Origin: Piromyces finnis finn | Taxonomy: Eukaryota > Fungi > Neocallimastigomycota | Direction: 5' to 3' | NCBI GenBank assembly: GCA_002104945.1 | Contig: MCFH01000031.1 | Span: 1-64,000, forward strand | Length of the DNA stretch: 64,000 nucleotides | The notes under the pieces: model-generated | Told to the model about the DNA's origin: nothing | Seen by the model: only the letters and a program-made list of their open reading frames with translations | Databases searched by the model: none | Shown here: one piece after another, positions 45,200 through 63,212 of the stretch | How positions within the stretch are numbered: the stretch's first letter is position 1 | Layout: every line of letters begins with the position of its first letter | Made by a program: the position numbers and the translations under genes

Positions 45200-46257
45200 T
45201 TTGGTGAATTACTTATTTTAATAAATAAATTGTTTGGGTGATGTTAATTCAAAACTATTAATAAAATGAATGGCTTAATTTTTTTAAAAAAAAAAAAAAA
45301 ATAGGTAATTTCTTAAATAATTATATAATTATAGTATTAATTCTGAAAATCTTGTACCTTTGTTACAACTATTATATTAAATTAAATTAAATTTTCTATT
45401 AATCATAAAGAAAAACTCTTTGTTATTATTATTAAAATTAATAATTATTTTTAATTTTATTAATTGTTAATATACTATAATTGTTTAAATTAGCAAAATG
45501 AATTTTTAATAATAAAATTTTATTTCATTTTCTTCAATTGCTTAAAATAATAAAATGAATTTCTAATAAAAATTATTTCTTTTTTTTTTTTTTACCATTA
45601 TATACTTTTTTCACTTTTAATAGATAGTATTATACTCACAAATTTATATTTATATACTATTTTGTAAATTAATATTAAATTTATTCTATAAAAAATGTTA
45701 AGTCATAAATTTTGTTTTTATTAAATATTTCAACTTTATAATTTACATTAAAAATAAAGCTTCAATCCTATAAAATTAATATTTGGATTTTCAATATATT
45801 GTGGCTTATATAACATATACTAAAATTCATAGTTCTAATATTTTATTAGAATAATTTTATAGAATATATATTTATTTAGCCATTTTAAAAATACTAAAAC
45901 ATTCTCTAAAAATTAAAACACATATTATTTTATTATTAATCTATTCATAGATAGGTATAGAAAGAAATTTATATATAAACTATTTTTTTGTATTCTTGTG
46001 GTTATTATTGTTATCGTAATTCAATATATTCACTATAATGAATCTTTTCATAATATTTATTTTTATTTTAAATATAATATTATTAATATATAAGATTAAA
46101 GTATTAACAAATATTGACTTATATATAATATTTACCATAATCTCCAAGTTTTTTTTAATTATTTAAAAAAAAAAATGAATGGCTAACAAAATTCATATAT
46201 TAATATTTTTTTTAAATAAAAAACAATTGCAAAACTTATTTTTGGTAAAAACAAGAG

Positions 46258-46291
<34 letters not shown>

Positions 46292-46457
46292 AAAGAAAAA
46301 AATGATATATAGTTATGTTAAATAAAGATAAAATATAATAAAAAGGAAGATGAGTAGAAAAAAAAATTTTTTACATTTTACATTTTAAAAAATTATTGTA
46401 ACATTATAATTTATGACTTTAATGCTCTACGATTTTATTAATGCTCCTTTATAAAGT

Positions 46458-48657
46458 TTAATGTTCGTGTTCATGATATCTATTATTAATAATAATTAAA
46501 AAGATAATATAAATAAAATATTAGAAAAAAACTAATAATTAAAAAGAGAACTATTATAATTAATACTATTTTTTTCTATTATTTTTACCTATCTTGTGGT
46601 AAAGTCTTATGTTTAGCATACCATAAACCACAAGCGTTACACAAGGTCTACAAATTTATAAAAATTAAAAAATAAATATAAAAAATTTATTTTATATATT
46701 ATATATTTTTAAAATTATTAATGTGTTTATTCTTTTTCTTAAAAAAAAAAAAGTATTCAACTGTATATACTTACTCTATTACCCAATGGGCCCTTTCTTA
46801 AAGTGGGTGTGTATAAACCACTTAAACTACACCAACTACATTTCCAGTTTTTCTTAAATTCTATTATAATATTAAAATTAAATATTAATATTTACAATAA
46901 TAATAGAGTACTAATTCCAGTACTAATAAATTTAAAAATATAAATAGTATTAAAGATATATATACCTGCTACATTTGCCTTTAGATCTTTATTATAGATA
47001 TGACCACTAGCACCAAAACCACGATGTATCTTTGGTGCTGGAGGTGCATTAGCAATAGAAGTAGAAGCTTCCTGTTTAACATCACTATCATACATCGTTG
47101 AAACTGAAGGTGAAATCTCTGACTTAAGATAATTATTGTATATTGCTGAACCACTATTTTCAGTACTAACTTTTCCACTATTATTATTAAAGCTAGTATA
47201 ACTATTAGTATTATTAATATCTTTTGATAATTCAAAATCTGAACCAGAATTATGTCTCTTTTGTCTTTGATATAATTCATAAGTAGTTAAGGTTTGAGCT
47301 GAACGTTTTTGACCAGATGGAGAAGATGGATTTGTAGTAGATAAAAGTCTTTGTGCTAATTTGGTGGAACGTCTCATACGTCTATTAATTATGAAGATAA
47401 TTGTATTATATAAATTTTTTTAATAATTATTATAAAAAAAATCATTGATTATAATAAACGTAATAAAATTAAAACAATAATGTTAAAACATATATATTTC
47501 TAATTAGGACATTTAATTAAATGAACAAGTAAATAGTAAAGTAACCTTATATTTCTTTCTTGTTCTTTATGCTTTCTTTCAATTTCTTCTTCCGTCATTT
47601 CTTTTATAACAGGGTACCATTCATCGATATCTTCATCCTTTGAACGGAATGGTGGTACTTTATATCTATCCAAATTCATAGCAAAATTGGTATCATCAAT
47701 ATTAAGTCTTGCTGTATAAATTTGTTCTCTTATACTATGAGCAATAGCATTTGTAAATTCACCCCCAAGACCTAACTCTGTAGTTAGTTTTTTAGCAAAT
47801 TCTTCTGGAGCCATAGAATTAGATAAAGAAGAATATAATGGCCATTCAAATTGATCTTTTAAATTAATTGTACCAACATTAATATCTAATTTTATAACAA
47901 TCCTTAAATCGTTATCCTTTTCATATTCATCTTCTTCAACATCATTTTCAAGTGCTGCAACATAATTTGAGCATTGTTTTCTAATTTGATCTGCAATTTG
48001 TTGAACAAATTGATGAGCAACTGGTGTATCTAAATCATCACATAAAATTTGAGCAAATTTCTCTGGAGTCATAAGTGACTCTTATTTAAAATAATTTAAA
48101 TAAAAAATTTTACAATAAGAAAATTTTTAAACATTAACAATTACGATATATATATAATTTTTATTTTTGCATAAATATAATTAATACTGATATAATTTAG
48201 AAATCCTAAAATATTTATACCATTAATATTCCAAGTAAAAAAATCAACTAATTTAACACCATCAATTTCAAAATTTAAATTTATAGGAACAAGATGAACA
48301 GGTATTTCTGCAGCTTTTTTTAATTGCTTCTTTTCACTTAATATTTAATTAAATAGATAATAAATAATATATATATATATTTTAATTTAATATAAATGAA
48401 AAATTGATTTAATTTTTGATTCCAGAAATAATATTTAATAGCATATATGTATAATATCTCTTTCACAATATTTTCAACACTTACAAATAAGCATGACGAA
48501 TTCTTCTTCTTATATTAACATTATAATGAATATTACCAATTGGAAATTTCGTTAATTTTGCTTGTTGATATTCCGATTCTGATTCTGATACTAATTCTTC
48601 AACAAGATCTGGATTAACATATGCAGATGGTGAATATAAATTAGTTTCACGAGTCAT
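46458..48657 (-). CDS. SFH1: SNF5-domain chromatin-remodelling subunit with a C-terminal GATA-type zinc finger (Sfh1-like), multi-exon
   Basis: ATG at 48657. SNF5 repeat 1 LVPINLNFEIDGVKLVDFFTWNINE|SLMTPEKFAQILCDDL; repeat 2 DLRIVIKLDINVG...DQFEW...PEEFAKKL..ELGLGGEF..AIAHSIREQI. The last exons give WKCSWC...TPTLRKGPLGNR|TLCNACGLWY. Stop at 46460-46458. Confidence 0.85.
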
Positions 48658-49418
48658 TTTATATAATTTGAATAATGCTTAATGATATGAATTTGATGAA
48701 ATTTAAATTGTTTATAGCATAAAAATTTTCCAGTATATGATATAATAATGAATTTGAATTAAAAATATTTTCAATTTGATGGAATTATATCTTAAATAAT
48801 TATAAATAATAATACAATTATATTTTATTAGTTATTATTAATAATATTTCCTGAAATAATAATACTTAATATAACTTAAAGATGATAATTAATAATTGTT
48901 TGATTTGATGAAAAATATTTAGTAAAATTTTATTTACTTTTATATCACCTATTAATTAATTTTTTCTTTTCTTTACAGAAATAATAAAATAATGAATATA
49001 AATTATATTTCTTTTACAATTATTTTCAATAATAATTATAACTATTTCATTCAAATTTCAAATTAATTCAGAAATTGATTTAACACTAAAATTTTTATAT
49101 ACACATAAAATTTATTTAAAAAAAATTATAATAAAAAGTATATAATTAATCATAATCATATAGAAATTTGATAATTTAATAATTTAATAAAATAAATTTG
49201 GATACGATTTCATCATAAATTAAATAATGTAATAATAATAAAAGATTAAAAAAAATTAAATAAACCTATATAAATGATACTTATTTATTTTACTTTTTAG
49301 TATTATTATATAAGTTAATTCCTTGGTTATTTTATTTTCTAAGAAATTTATAAAAATATAAAGAATAACACTTTTATTTTACTACTTATTAATATCTAAA
49401 AAAAAAAAAAAAAAAAAA

Positions 49419-51411
49419 ATGAAATCTAATGAAGAAGAAAAACTAGTCTTACTCCCATCAAATAATGGTTATTAAATATATATTTAATGCTTGTACAACA
49501 TAGTAGTATAATTCAATAACTAACCTTTATTAATTTTAAATTCATTAAAATTATTTCAGATTCCAATAATAGTAAAGATGAAATTTTAAAAAAAAGGAAA
49601 AGTCTAAATAAAAATAATAATGAAAATCAAAATACCTTCTTCAACACATTTATTAATAATGATGACGATGACAATGATACTGATATATTAAAAAATATTT
49701 TTAATAATATAAATTATTATAACCAATGTAATAACAATAAGATTAACCTTAAAACCAAAAATCAATTAAATTATAAAAATGAAAAAAGAAATTGGTATGA
49801 GTGTTACGAATTTTTAAATTTCAAAAGCTTTTCAATTGATAAACAAAAACAAAATGATGATATAAATATTAACAATGCAATTCAAATGAATAATCAAATA
49901 AATAAAAATAATATAAATAAATTACTAGATAACTCAAATAATATAAATAATATAAATAAAAATGATATTATTGTCTATTTATCACACTTAAATCGATTTC
50001 TCGAAAATAATACCAATTTATCTTTTATAAATTCACCAATATTTGAGAAAAAGTAATACGTTATTTCAATTAAATATATATATAAAAGTCATAAAAATAT
50101 AATACAAATTAATAAAATATTTATTTCAAAAATATATTAAAAATCATTGCTATAGCTGGTTTCGAAATACCATTGTTGAGAATTACTTAATGTATTGTAA
50201 TATTATCAATAAACCAAATATTGAAATTTATAATATTTTATCTAGTAAAAATCCTATTAAATATAACTTAGACTTAAATGACATATACGAAATCTTACAA
50301 TATGGTATAGTATAGTATATTCATTCTATATATAAAAATATATATTTACAATAATCAATTTATATATATATACTTTCATTATCAATATTATAAAATTATA
50401 AATAATAGATAGGTATAATGTAATCCATTCTGATGTATATTTTTCTGCGATATTAGATAAAACTTTCTTTAGCATCATAAATAATATTTTGGCTGAAATG
50501 ACAAATTACAATCAGCTACTTTCTTCTAGTTTATCATTATTAAATATACCCCTAGTTCTACCAAAATTAAATATAAATAAAATTCAACAATTCAATTATC
50601 CAATGAATCAAATAAATACTATTGCAATTCCCTTTAAAAACCAAAATAATAGTAATAAGAAAAAAGCAACTTATATAAAAAAAAAATTTGATCCTTCTTT
50701 GGAAATTCCTAATAAGCCAAAATTTGAAAATGATTTTTATACACCAAGATTTGTCAAAGGAAGAGGTCTAAATAGAATAGGCAAATGTCCCTGTTGCCCA
50801 CAGCAACCAGGAACATGGTACAGAACTAAAACAAGTGCATATAGGTACTGTTTAAATTCTTTATAATTAAATAGCATTATTGAGATTGTGTAATTTTAAC
50901 CTATTTTCTAATAAACTAAAAATAAAAAAAAAAGTTATCATTTAAGTTCATCCCATGGTATTTCATCAAGTACATTGAAACCATATGACAAACCCACAAA
51001 ATATAGAATTATTTACATAGATAAAATTTCCAAAAATCAAAGTATTTTAATATTAAAATATTTTATTTAAAAAAAATAAAATAAAATAAAATAAACATAT
51101 TTCTTTTTATATAAATAATGCTAAATATTAAAATAATATGTTATATATTATTTTAATTAATAAATTTAATAATAGATGAAATTATTTTCTCCACTCTATT
51201 AAAAGAAGATAATACAATTACAATAAGTGATTCTTATGATATTACAAGCAAACTTTGGCCATCACCTTATCCAGCAATGGATTATGTTATTAGTAAAGAT
51301 GCATATTGTAATAAATGTAATCAATGGATTATTCTAAAGTCGAATGCTTTATCTATTAAAAGGTTATATAAACAATGGTGGAAGCATCAACGATTATGTA
51401 GTGTATATTGC

Positions 51412-51474
<63 letters not shown>

Positions 51475-51630
51475 ATTATTATTTAATTTCTGTATTAGTA
51501 AAATAACTAATATTTATATCTCTTTCATATTAAATTGACTTTAATTATTTTCTTATTTTATTTATTTACTACTCTTTTAAATATTACTTTATTTAATAAC
51601 AAAACAAAGATCATTCAAAACATAATTAAA
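49419..51630 (+). CDS. Rua1/Meu26-like (DUF4451, Rua1_C) Cys/His zinc-binding regulator, multi-exon; 3' end approximate
   Basis: Spliced motifs DFYTPRFVKGRG...GKCPCC...WYRTKTSAYR|YHLSSSHGISSSTLKPYDKP and AYCNKCNQWI...WWKHQRLC resemble the Rua1_C family as I recall it. Asn-rich N-terminal exons run from the ATG at 49419. Confidence 0.65.
51413..51472. repeat. (ATT)~20 microsatellite just after a donor in the Rua1-like gene
   Basis: gtatattgctttattattatt... at about 51403 onward. Confidence 0.9.
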
Positions 51631-51867
51631 TAATTAATAGATATAATAATATAGAATTTTAACAGGCAAGAGTCTTCATTTTCTTAAGAATATATACATT
51701 TTCAATATATTGTAATTATCATTAAAAAAAAAAAAAAAAATGTTTCAACAATAATTAATAATAATATATAATATAATTTGTAAACAAAAAGGGGTGTAAT
51801 GTGTAATAATAAAATAGGCCAAATTACAAAATGGTTTTTTATTTTTATTTTGTTTTTATTTTGTATT

Positions 51868-51900
<33 letters not shown>

Positions 51901-53185
51901 AATGAATGAATGAATGAATTTAAATTTACATCCATTGACTTTATTTGTTGCAATTATTAAAATATTTGATTGATTTATATCTTTGTAAAAAATACACAAA
52001 TCACTCATTCATTCATTATATATAATATATAATATATAATATATAAATATTAATAAATTTCATTTAATGAGTTATTTAAGCGTATAATTTTCGTCTTTTT
52101 AATAAAAAAAACATACAATTATAGCTAACTTTTAACTTATATTTGTAAAATATATCAAATAAATTATTTATAATAAAAAATAAGATAGTTAAGTTTATAA
52201 TAGATAATAAATTTTTATCTTTCAGAAATGAATACTTGTAAATTTTTGTTATATTTGTTTGTAATAAGTTTTATATACATTGTATATACATCATATTAAT
52301 TATTATAATTATATATATATTTGTTAATTATACTGATAATATATTCTAAATTATACATAACTCTAACACTTCTTAATTATATATAAACGAGTAGTTATTT
52401 TCTAATAATAATCAAACCACAACTAGTTTTGCTGTTTTAATTTCTGTAATTCATTTGTTCTTTATATATAATATGAATATAATAGACCGATGATATTAAA
52501 AATAAATAATAAAGTATATATTATGTATGAATTATGCTGTCTTAAGTAATTTCTACTATATTATGCTAAATGATATTATAAATATGTCTATCTTAATCAT
52601 GATTGTGATATATAATGTATGTAAATATTAAATATGCATAATCATTCAATATATTCAGTTCATTTTATTCTATATAATAATGATCATGATATATTTATTT
52701 GGATTTTGGGTTTTAATGATTCTTCTTATATTGTTTTTCTTTAATTATATATTGTAATTAATAAAATTGAAAAACGACTAGGAAACATCATAATAAAATA
52801 TTAAATTAAAAAAATAAATTATATGTACAGTAATAAAAATAATATATAGTATTTTTGTTTTTCCTAAAAATATATTTGCACATTATATTAATTTGCTTTT
52901 GTTTTTCTTTGTTATTTTTTTTTTTTTTTTTCATTTTCATTTCTTTAATGATATTGTCATTTCTAGGTATATTTATATTAATTATATATTGGTAGTATTA
53001 CGTATTATTTTAAAGATATTCACATATCAGCTCCTTAAATAAATATTATTATCTTATTCCTCATATAGCAGAAATTTTTTAAATATATATAAATAAAAAA
53101 AAATTGATAATAAAATATATGTTATATTAAATATATCAATTTTATATTTAAAACTATTGTCTAATCAATAAATAATAGAATAAAA

Positions 53186-55012
53186 TTATTGAATTTTCTC
53201 TTTAATCCAATTATGATTAAATATTTCATTTAAAGTTGGTCTCGCACTTGGTGCTTTTTGTAACATCCATCTAATTAAATGTCTAACTTCCTCTGAACAG
53301 AAATTTTCTTTTATATTATATTGTGGTAAATGCAAAGAACCATCCTCTTCTTTCAAATCCATCACAGGTAGATTACCATAAATCAATAAATAAAGTAATA
53401 TACCTAATGAATAAATATCTTGAGATAAAGAACTATATTCTTGTCCAGTAATGACTTCAGGAGCTATATAAGGAATAGTTCCAACAAATTTATCATAAAC
53501 TCTTCCGCCCTTAATTTGAATAGCTGCACCAAAATCAATAAGTTTAATATTTAAATCTTTATCTATTAAAACTAATTAAATATAAAATATATTAAAATAA
53601 CGTTAATACATATATATATTTTCAATGTTTTAATACAAATAAATAATAAAATAATTATATTAATATTTACTATTTTCATCTTTAATATCACGATGAACAA
53701 TATTTAAAGAATTTAAATATTTAATAGCTGTTAAAAGTTGAACAAAAATATAACGCGCCTTAGGTTCATCAAAGCATTCAAAATAAGACTCTATACATTC
53801 AAAAAGATCCATTGAAGGTCTAACCTGACCAACCTGGAATTTTTTATTTGACTTCAATGCAGCAGCATTAATATAAGAACAATGAACTTTATTAGTAGTA
53901 GCAGTAGTAATATTTCCATTTTGATAATTTTTTAATGTATTTCTTTTTGACCATTGAGTACCATAAAGTTCCATAACTAAATAAAAATATTTTCTGTCAC
54001 TATAACAATCTAAATATTTAATAATGCAGGGATGATTGACATGTTTTAAAAGGTAGCATTCTCTTGGAATGATACCTATTTCCGGATCTTTAACCCAGGC
54101 AGAGACAGGAACTTTTTCTTTTATAATAAATTTAATGGCTACTTCAACACCATCTGATATTCTTTCCGCAACAAACACTAAACCAAATCCACCTCTTCCC
54201 ATCTCTTCCTTAACTCTATATTTTTTAGAAAATTCTGAATTATAGGAATAACTTGAAAAATTCTTTTCTAAATAATTATTATCATTTCCCCTTTTAATGT
54301 TATTATACGAATTTTTGTTGTTAATTGACAACTTGGAGAGAGATAATGAATTTGAATTATCTTTAGTAGGTAGTTTTAATTTTGTAACTGCTGATCTTGT
54401 TGATGCTTTTTTTGGATTTCTAACATTAATTATTTTCCTTGAAACATTTCCTGTTTGTAATCTAGGATTTTGAGTATTAATATTTTGTATATTAATAATC
54501 TTGGTTGAAGTTATTTTTATATTTGTTTTATTTTTTATTTTTGAATTATTATTTTTTAATGTGTTAGAATTATTATTGTTGCTATTATTGCTCTTCTTTA
54601 CAGAAGCATTTAAATTTTTATTAGAACTGCTATTGCTTTTTTTATTGTCAACTTTTTTTATATTATTTGAAGAATTTTTTTCATTTATATCTGAATTTGA
54701 CATAGTTTTATAATTTTTATTTGAAGCTATTAATCCTTTAGATATTTTATGACTATGTTTTTCCATAGATTTATTTAGCATACAAGAAGGAAGTAAAGAC
54801 TTTTTTGAAACAAAATTATTATTTGAATCTTTTACCTTTTTATTAACTTCATTTGCATCAATTGAAGAATTTCTCAGTTTTGAAGAAAATGTATTTAATG
54901 TATTGTTGTTATTATTTAAATATGATGAAGAATTTGATATTGAATTATGGTATAAAGTATTGGTTGGAATTACATCACAAGGTATTGAAGTTGACGTTAA
55001 TAATGTAGCCAT
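53186..55012 (-). CDS. Ser/Thr protein kinase, PASK/PIM-like (CAMK group), no PAS domain seen, 575 aa; complement(join(53186..53571,53671..55012))
   Basis: MGRGGFGLV, VAIKFIIKEKV, HRDIKDEN|ILID, KLIDFG, GTIPYIAPE. The pattern W..DP..G.IP.E..LL and LVME..G..W..insert..DLFECIE is typical of fungal PASK-like kinases. Phase-1 intron 53670..53572. Confidence 0.88.
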
Positions 55013-55850
55013 TATAATAATTGGATTTAAATAAAAAAAATAAAATATACTATTTATCTTAGTATTTTAGTATTATTGTTTTACTTTTCTTTACTTTTTT
55101 TTTTTTTTTTTTTACTTTAATAATTATAAAAATATGTATGGATTACTGAGTAGTATAATTTCTAAATTCTAAAAATAAAATTTTAACAAAAGAGAACGAT
55201 AAGAAAATTAAAAAAAAATAAAAATAAATAAATAATTCTATGTTTTTATTATTGTTGTTATTTATTTTTGTTTATTTATTTATTTATTGATTGATTGTTG
55301 TTATTATATTTATTATACTAAATATTGATCTATTTTATAGTATTTACAAAATAATTATTTCATGTAAAATATTATATATTCTATTAAGAATTTTGATAAT
55401 AATCAATATTATTAATAATGTTAAATATATTTTACGTTAATAAATTGATTTTCAAAATCAATTATATATATATCTTCAAAAATAAATTTAAAATATGTTA
55501 ATGGGAAATAATAATTAGAAACTATTAATCTTTTCTATTTTATTTAATGATTTTTAATGATTTATCTATTTCTAATGTATTTTCATATATATATTATGAT
55601 TCTAATTTCTTTAACATTTATATTTAATAATAGTATTTAATTTGTAAGAGTATGAATATCAAAAATTAATATACACTCTAAAGATTTCTTTTTAATGTAT
55701 TTATAAATATAAAATATATTTTTAATTTAAAATTTTATAAAAATAGTATTTGAATTGATTTGAAACTACAAAAAATATGAACAAAAATTATGAATATTCA
55801 TTCAATATATAGCATTTTTAAAAGTATTGTTTTTCTATATATAGTTTAAA

Positions 55851-55881
<31 letters not shown>

Positions 55882-57984
55882 AAATATTTTTTTATGAGAA
55901 TAGATTTTAAAATGTTTTTTAAAATAAATATGAATAATTGTTTATAAATAATATAATGTCAAGATTTATTTATAAAAATAAGTGTATTAAAAAATATTAA
56001 TGATAGAAATAAAATATATATATAATTAAAAATAATAATAATAAATAAAAAATAAATAAATAAATAAAAATAAAAAAAAAGGTATTTGAGAAATAAAAAA
56101 AAATAATAATACTTTTCACATTTACTATTTTTTTTACTTAAATGACATTTTATTAATAAATAAAAAGATTTATAAATTTTAATATGTGATTAATTAAATA
56201 AGTTTTATGTTTTAATTCAAATTCAGTTAAGCAATAATATATGGCGAGTATAGAATTATATAATAAATTAATTTCTGTAAAATTTTCACACCAGATATAA
56301 GTCAAAAAAAGAAAAAAAAAATGATAATGAAAGTTTATTATTAATAAATAAATAGCTCAAAAACTTTAATAAATATAATTTAAAACATTTGCAAATTAAA
56401 AGTAAAAAATATATATTAACATAAAAAATATATTTATTTTATTATATTTAAAATAGTATTGAAATATATATTATCAATTCATCCTATTCACAAAAATTAA
56501 TTTAAATGAAATAAAAAGATATTTCAATAAATTAATTAATAAAATTTAGTATTATAATATAATATCTATTAAAAACCAGTGTAATGTAATATATAAATTA
56601 ATATACTTGTTGTAGTACTAGTCATAAAAAAAAACACAAAAACTTTAAATAATAATGTTTTTCTATTATACCTTTTTTTTACACTTATATTGAATCTTAT
56701 TTATTTTATTAATGGATGCATATACAATAAATAAGTAATTTTAATAGTATAAATAAATGAATGAATATTAAGTAAATAATTCTTTTTTCTTAAAATATGA
56801 TTCTCATGCTTTAGATTTCAATAGTTAATCGTTTTAATAAATGTGACTTTATTTTTTAAATTTTCATTAGTTAGCAAAGTAATTGAATTATGACATTCAT
56901 ACCATCAAAACTACCCTTTTTTAAAAAAAAAATACTTTATAGTTTATCCTATTTATAATACATTCATTTCGATTAATTCTATATAATTTCATGTAATTAT
57001 CAATTATTTATAATTGTGTAACTTATTGATTCATTACTAATTTATTAATTCAAAATATGAAAGGATTATGAATTAATTTGTTAAAGGTTAGAATTAGAAT
57101 ATATAGTTGTTAAATTCTATTCAATTATACATTAGAGTAAAACTAAATATAATGACTTAAACAGTTTACTATAAAATATAAATATAAAGTAAAATGTTAT
57201 ATAATACATTTATTTTAATTATTTTAATAATGTTCATTTAAATCTTCTATTAAATATAAAATGATATTATTATTCTTTATTGTAATATATTTATTTTAAT
57301 CTTATTTTTTTGAAAGGTATGGTATTCTTTTATCTTAATATAGAAAATAATTAAGTTCAAAATAAATATCATATTTTAATATGATCAATATTTTTAACTT
57401 TTAATTATTATAAAACCATATTATTTTAAGTGATACTCTTTATTTAATATTTGAAGTTATTTTTATTTTAACATTCACTTATTTTGAATTTGAGGATTTC
57501 AACTATATTTCTTTGATTATGTAAAACGATTGGTTGAAACTAAAAACAATTAATTTCTAACCCTTTTAAATATTTAAAATTTTTTAAGGTTGAAGAGAAA
57601 ATAAAAAATTTTTATTAGTTTGTGATACATTTCAATTAAATGTTGAATTTTATGTACTAAAAGACTATTTTATAATTCCATTGATTATAATTTATTAATC
57701 TAATCCTTAATAATAAAAACAAATAAGCACAAAAAATTTTTTATAAAATAAAAAAAAATTTTTTAATAAGAGATAATTAGTAAAAGGATAATCTTTATAT
57801 TTTGTTAAAAAAACAATTTAATATTTTTTTTTATTAATTATATATTATTATCTATTATTAATTATTTTATTTTAATAACAGATATATTGTTATCAAAATA
57901 CAATTATATTTAGTGAATTAAATATCTTGTATCTAAAAATTGATTTCATATTAATTATAATTGAATATAATAAATTAATTGAAA

Positions 57985-61138
<3,154 letters not shown>

Positions 61139-61164
61139 TCTTAATAATATATACAAATTACTAC

Positions 61165-61200
<36 letters not shown>

Positions 61201-61714
61201 ACACTATTAATTATTAAAAAATTGAATATTTATTTTTATATATAAGGGATAATAGTTAATTAATATTTAGAATAGTATATATATATATATTTTCTTTTTA
61301 GATTTGTTTAAATAATAACTTATTTTATAAATTTCAGTAAAAAAACATATAAAATTTATAATTTTCTACTTTTTTTTTTGAAATTAAATGTTATTTTTGT
61401 TTATTTTATTCAACAAATAAGGTAATATATAAATTTACTCTCAATAGAATTTCCTTTAAAGTGCTTTTTTAATTTTTCTTTCACCTTTTTTTATATATTG
61501 ACATTAATTCTTTCATTCTATTATTATGTATATCTTTTTTATATAAATTTATTAATTTATTAATATATAATTATTTATATAATTATAATTTTTATTATTT
61601 ACTTATTTATTATGAAAGAATTAATATAAATATATACATATATAAAATTAAAAAAGAACAGAAAAAGATATTATTTTTAAAGTTGTTTGATCCTAATATT
61701 TGTTTTTGTTTTCC

Positions 61715-61745
<31 letters not shown>

Positions 61746-62471
61746 TTCATAGATAATAAAATTTAAATACAAAAAGAAAACAAAAACAAAACAAAACAAA
61801 ATACGACAACAACAACAAAAAAAAAATCTATTTATTTTCATATAAATAGGGGTTCCACTTCAAAAATAATATTATATATAAAGGAAAGACGAACGAGGGT
61901 AAGATATAACTCTTTATTTTTTTTAAATTTATTTTATAAAATAATAATAATATAATAATAAACTATTATAAATTTTAATTTTGATTTATTTAATAAAATT
62001 ATTCTTTTAATAAATATATGAAAACCTTTTTATTTGCGTTTAATAATGACATAAACTTTTATTTTTAATACTTCTTTTATATTAATAAATTATTACCACT
62101 AGTTTTAATATTTTAAATTATAAAATTTCACAATAACATTTATCTCTTTAATAATCAAAACATATTGACTTTTTTTTTTTCCTTTTGTAATATATTCCTC
62201 TTAATAACTTACACCGCTATTAACTACTTTATCCAAATAATTTTATATTCATTTCCTGCTTTTTTGATTATTCAAACAAACTCCTAAATTTATAGTCATA
62301 ACATTCATTCCTTCAACATGTTTTCCATTAATATTTTGTACCTTTAACAAAATGCTAATGTATATTTATTTTTTAACTCCTCAAATTGTATTAAAAAAAC
62401 AATATATATTTTAAATTTTTTTATTTATTAGATGTTTATTCTCGTTGCATGAATATACAAGATTAATTAAT

Positions 62472-63212
62472 TTATTCTTGACTGACTGGGAATTCGAAGT
62501 TGACTTCCTTACCAGTTAATCTCTTGTAAACAGCAGAGAAAGTGTCAAGCTTGTATTCTAAGGAGGTGGAGTCCTTACGGTCAAGGAAGCTATTTTAATT
62601 ATAAATTTATTTAATTAGATATCATTTTTATTCCATCTTCCATTTAAATATTATATATATTATTTAATAAAACACTTACACCTTGGTGACTCTGGAACCA
62701 TCAACTCTGACCTTAGTTCTCTTACCAACGATTTCAGTTGGGAAAACGAGATCATCTAATAAAGATTCGTGAACAGCAGTAAGAGTTCTGGATCTTGGAC
62801 GAGCTTGCTTAACACGACTGTTCTTGTGTGGCTTTTGCATGATTCTGCGTTGAGCGACAAGTAAGACATGACGGTCAGAGAACTTCTTTTCTAATTCACG
62901 GACAATACGGGTTTGGACCTTGTGGAATTGCTTAAGAAGTGGGACTGGGACGAAGATAACAATAGCCTTCTTACCACGACCAACTTCAACCTTAATTTAT
63001 AGATTTAAATTATATTAATAATCTTCGCTATTTCTAATAATATTTTTATATTTAATACATACTTCCTTAGCGGCGGTGAATTGTAAACCTCTAAGATCAG
63101 CCTTTAATTCAGAGACATTCTTTTCCATGTCAGCGAGGTATTGAGCAATTTCGAGTTCAAGAGCTTCTGGTTCTTGACCAGCTGGTTTAATGATCTTGTT
63201 TCTGGCAGCCAT
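62472..63212 (-). CDS. RPS7: 40S ribosomal protein S7 (eS7), 192 aa; complement(join(62472..62589,62680..62990,63063..63212))
   Basis: [68 protein letters not shown]. Two GT-AG introns (72 and 90 nt) give a clean in-frame product. Confidence 0.97.

Noticed and set aside
62200-62345. Slightly complex patch downstream of RPS7 resembling decayed coding DNA
   Set aside because: I found stops in the frames I translated and no recognisable family, so it cannot be supported without a search.
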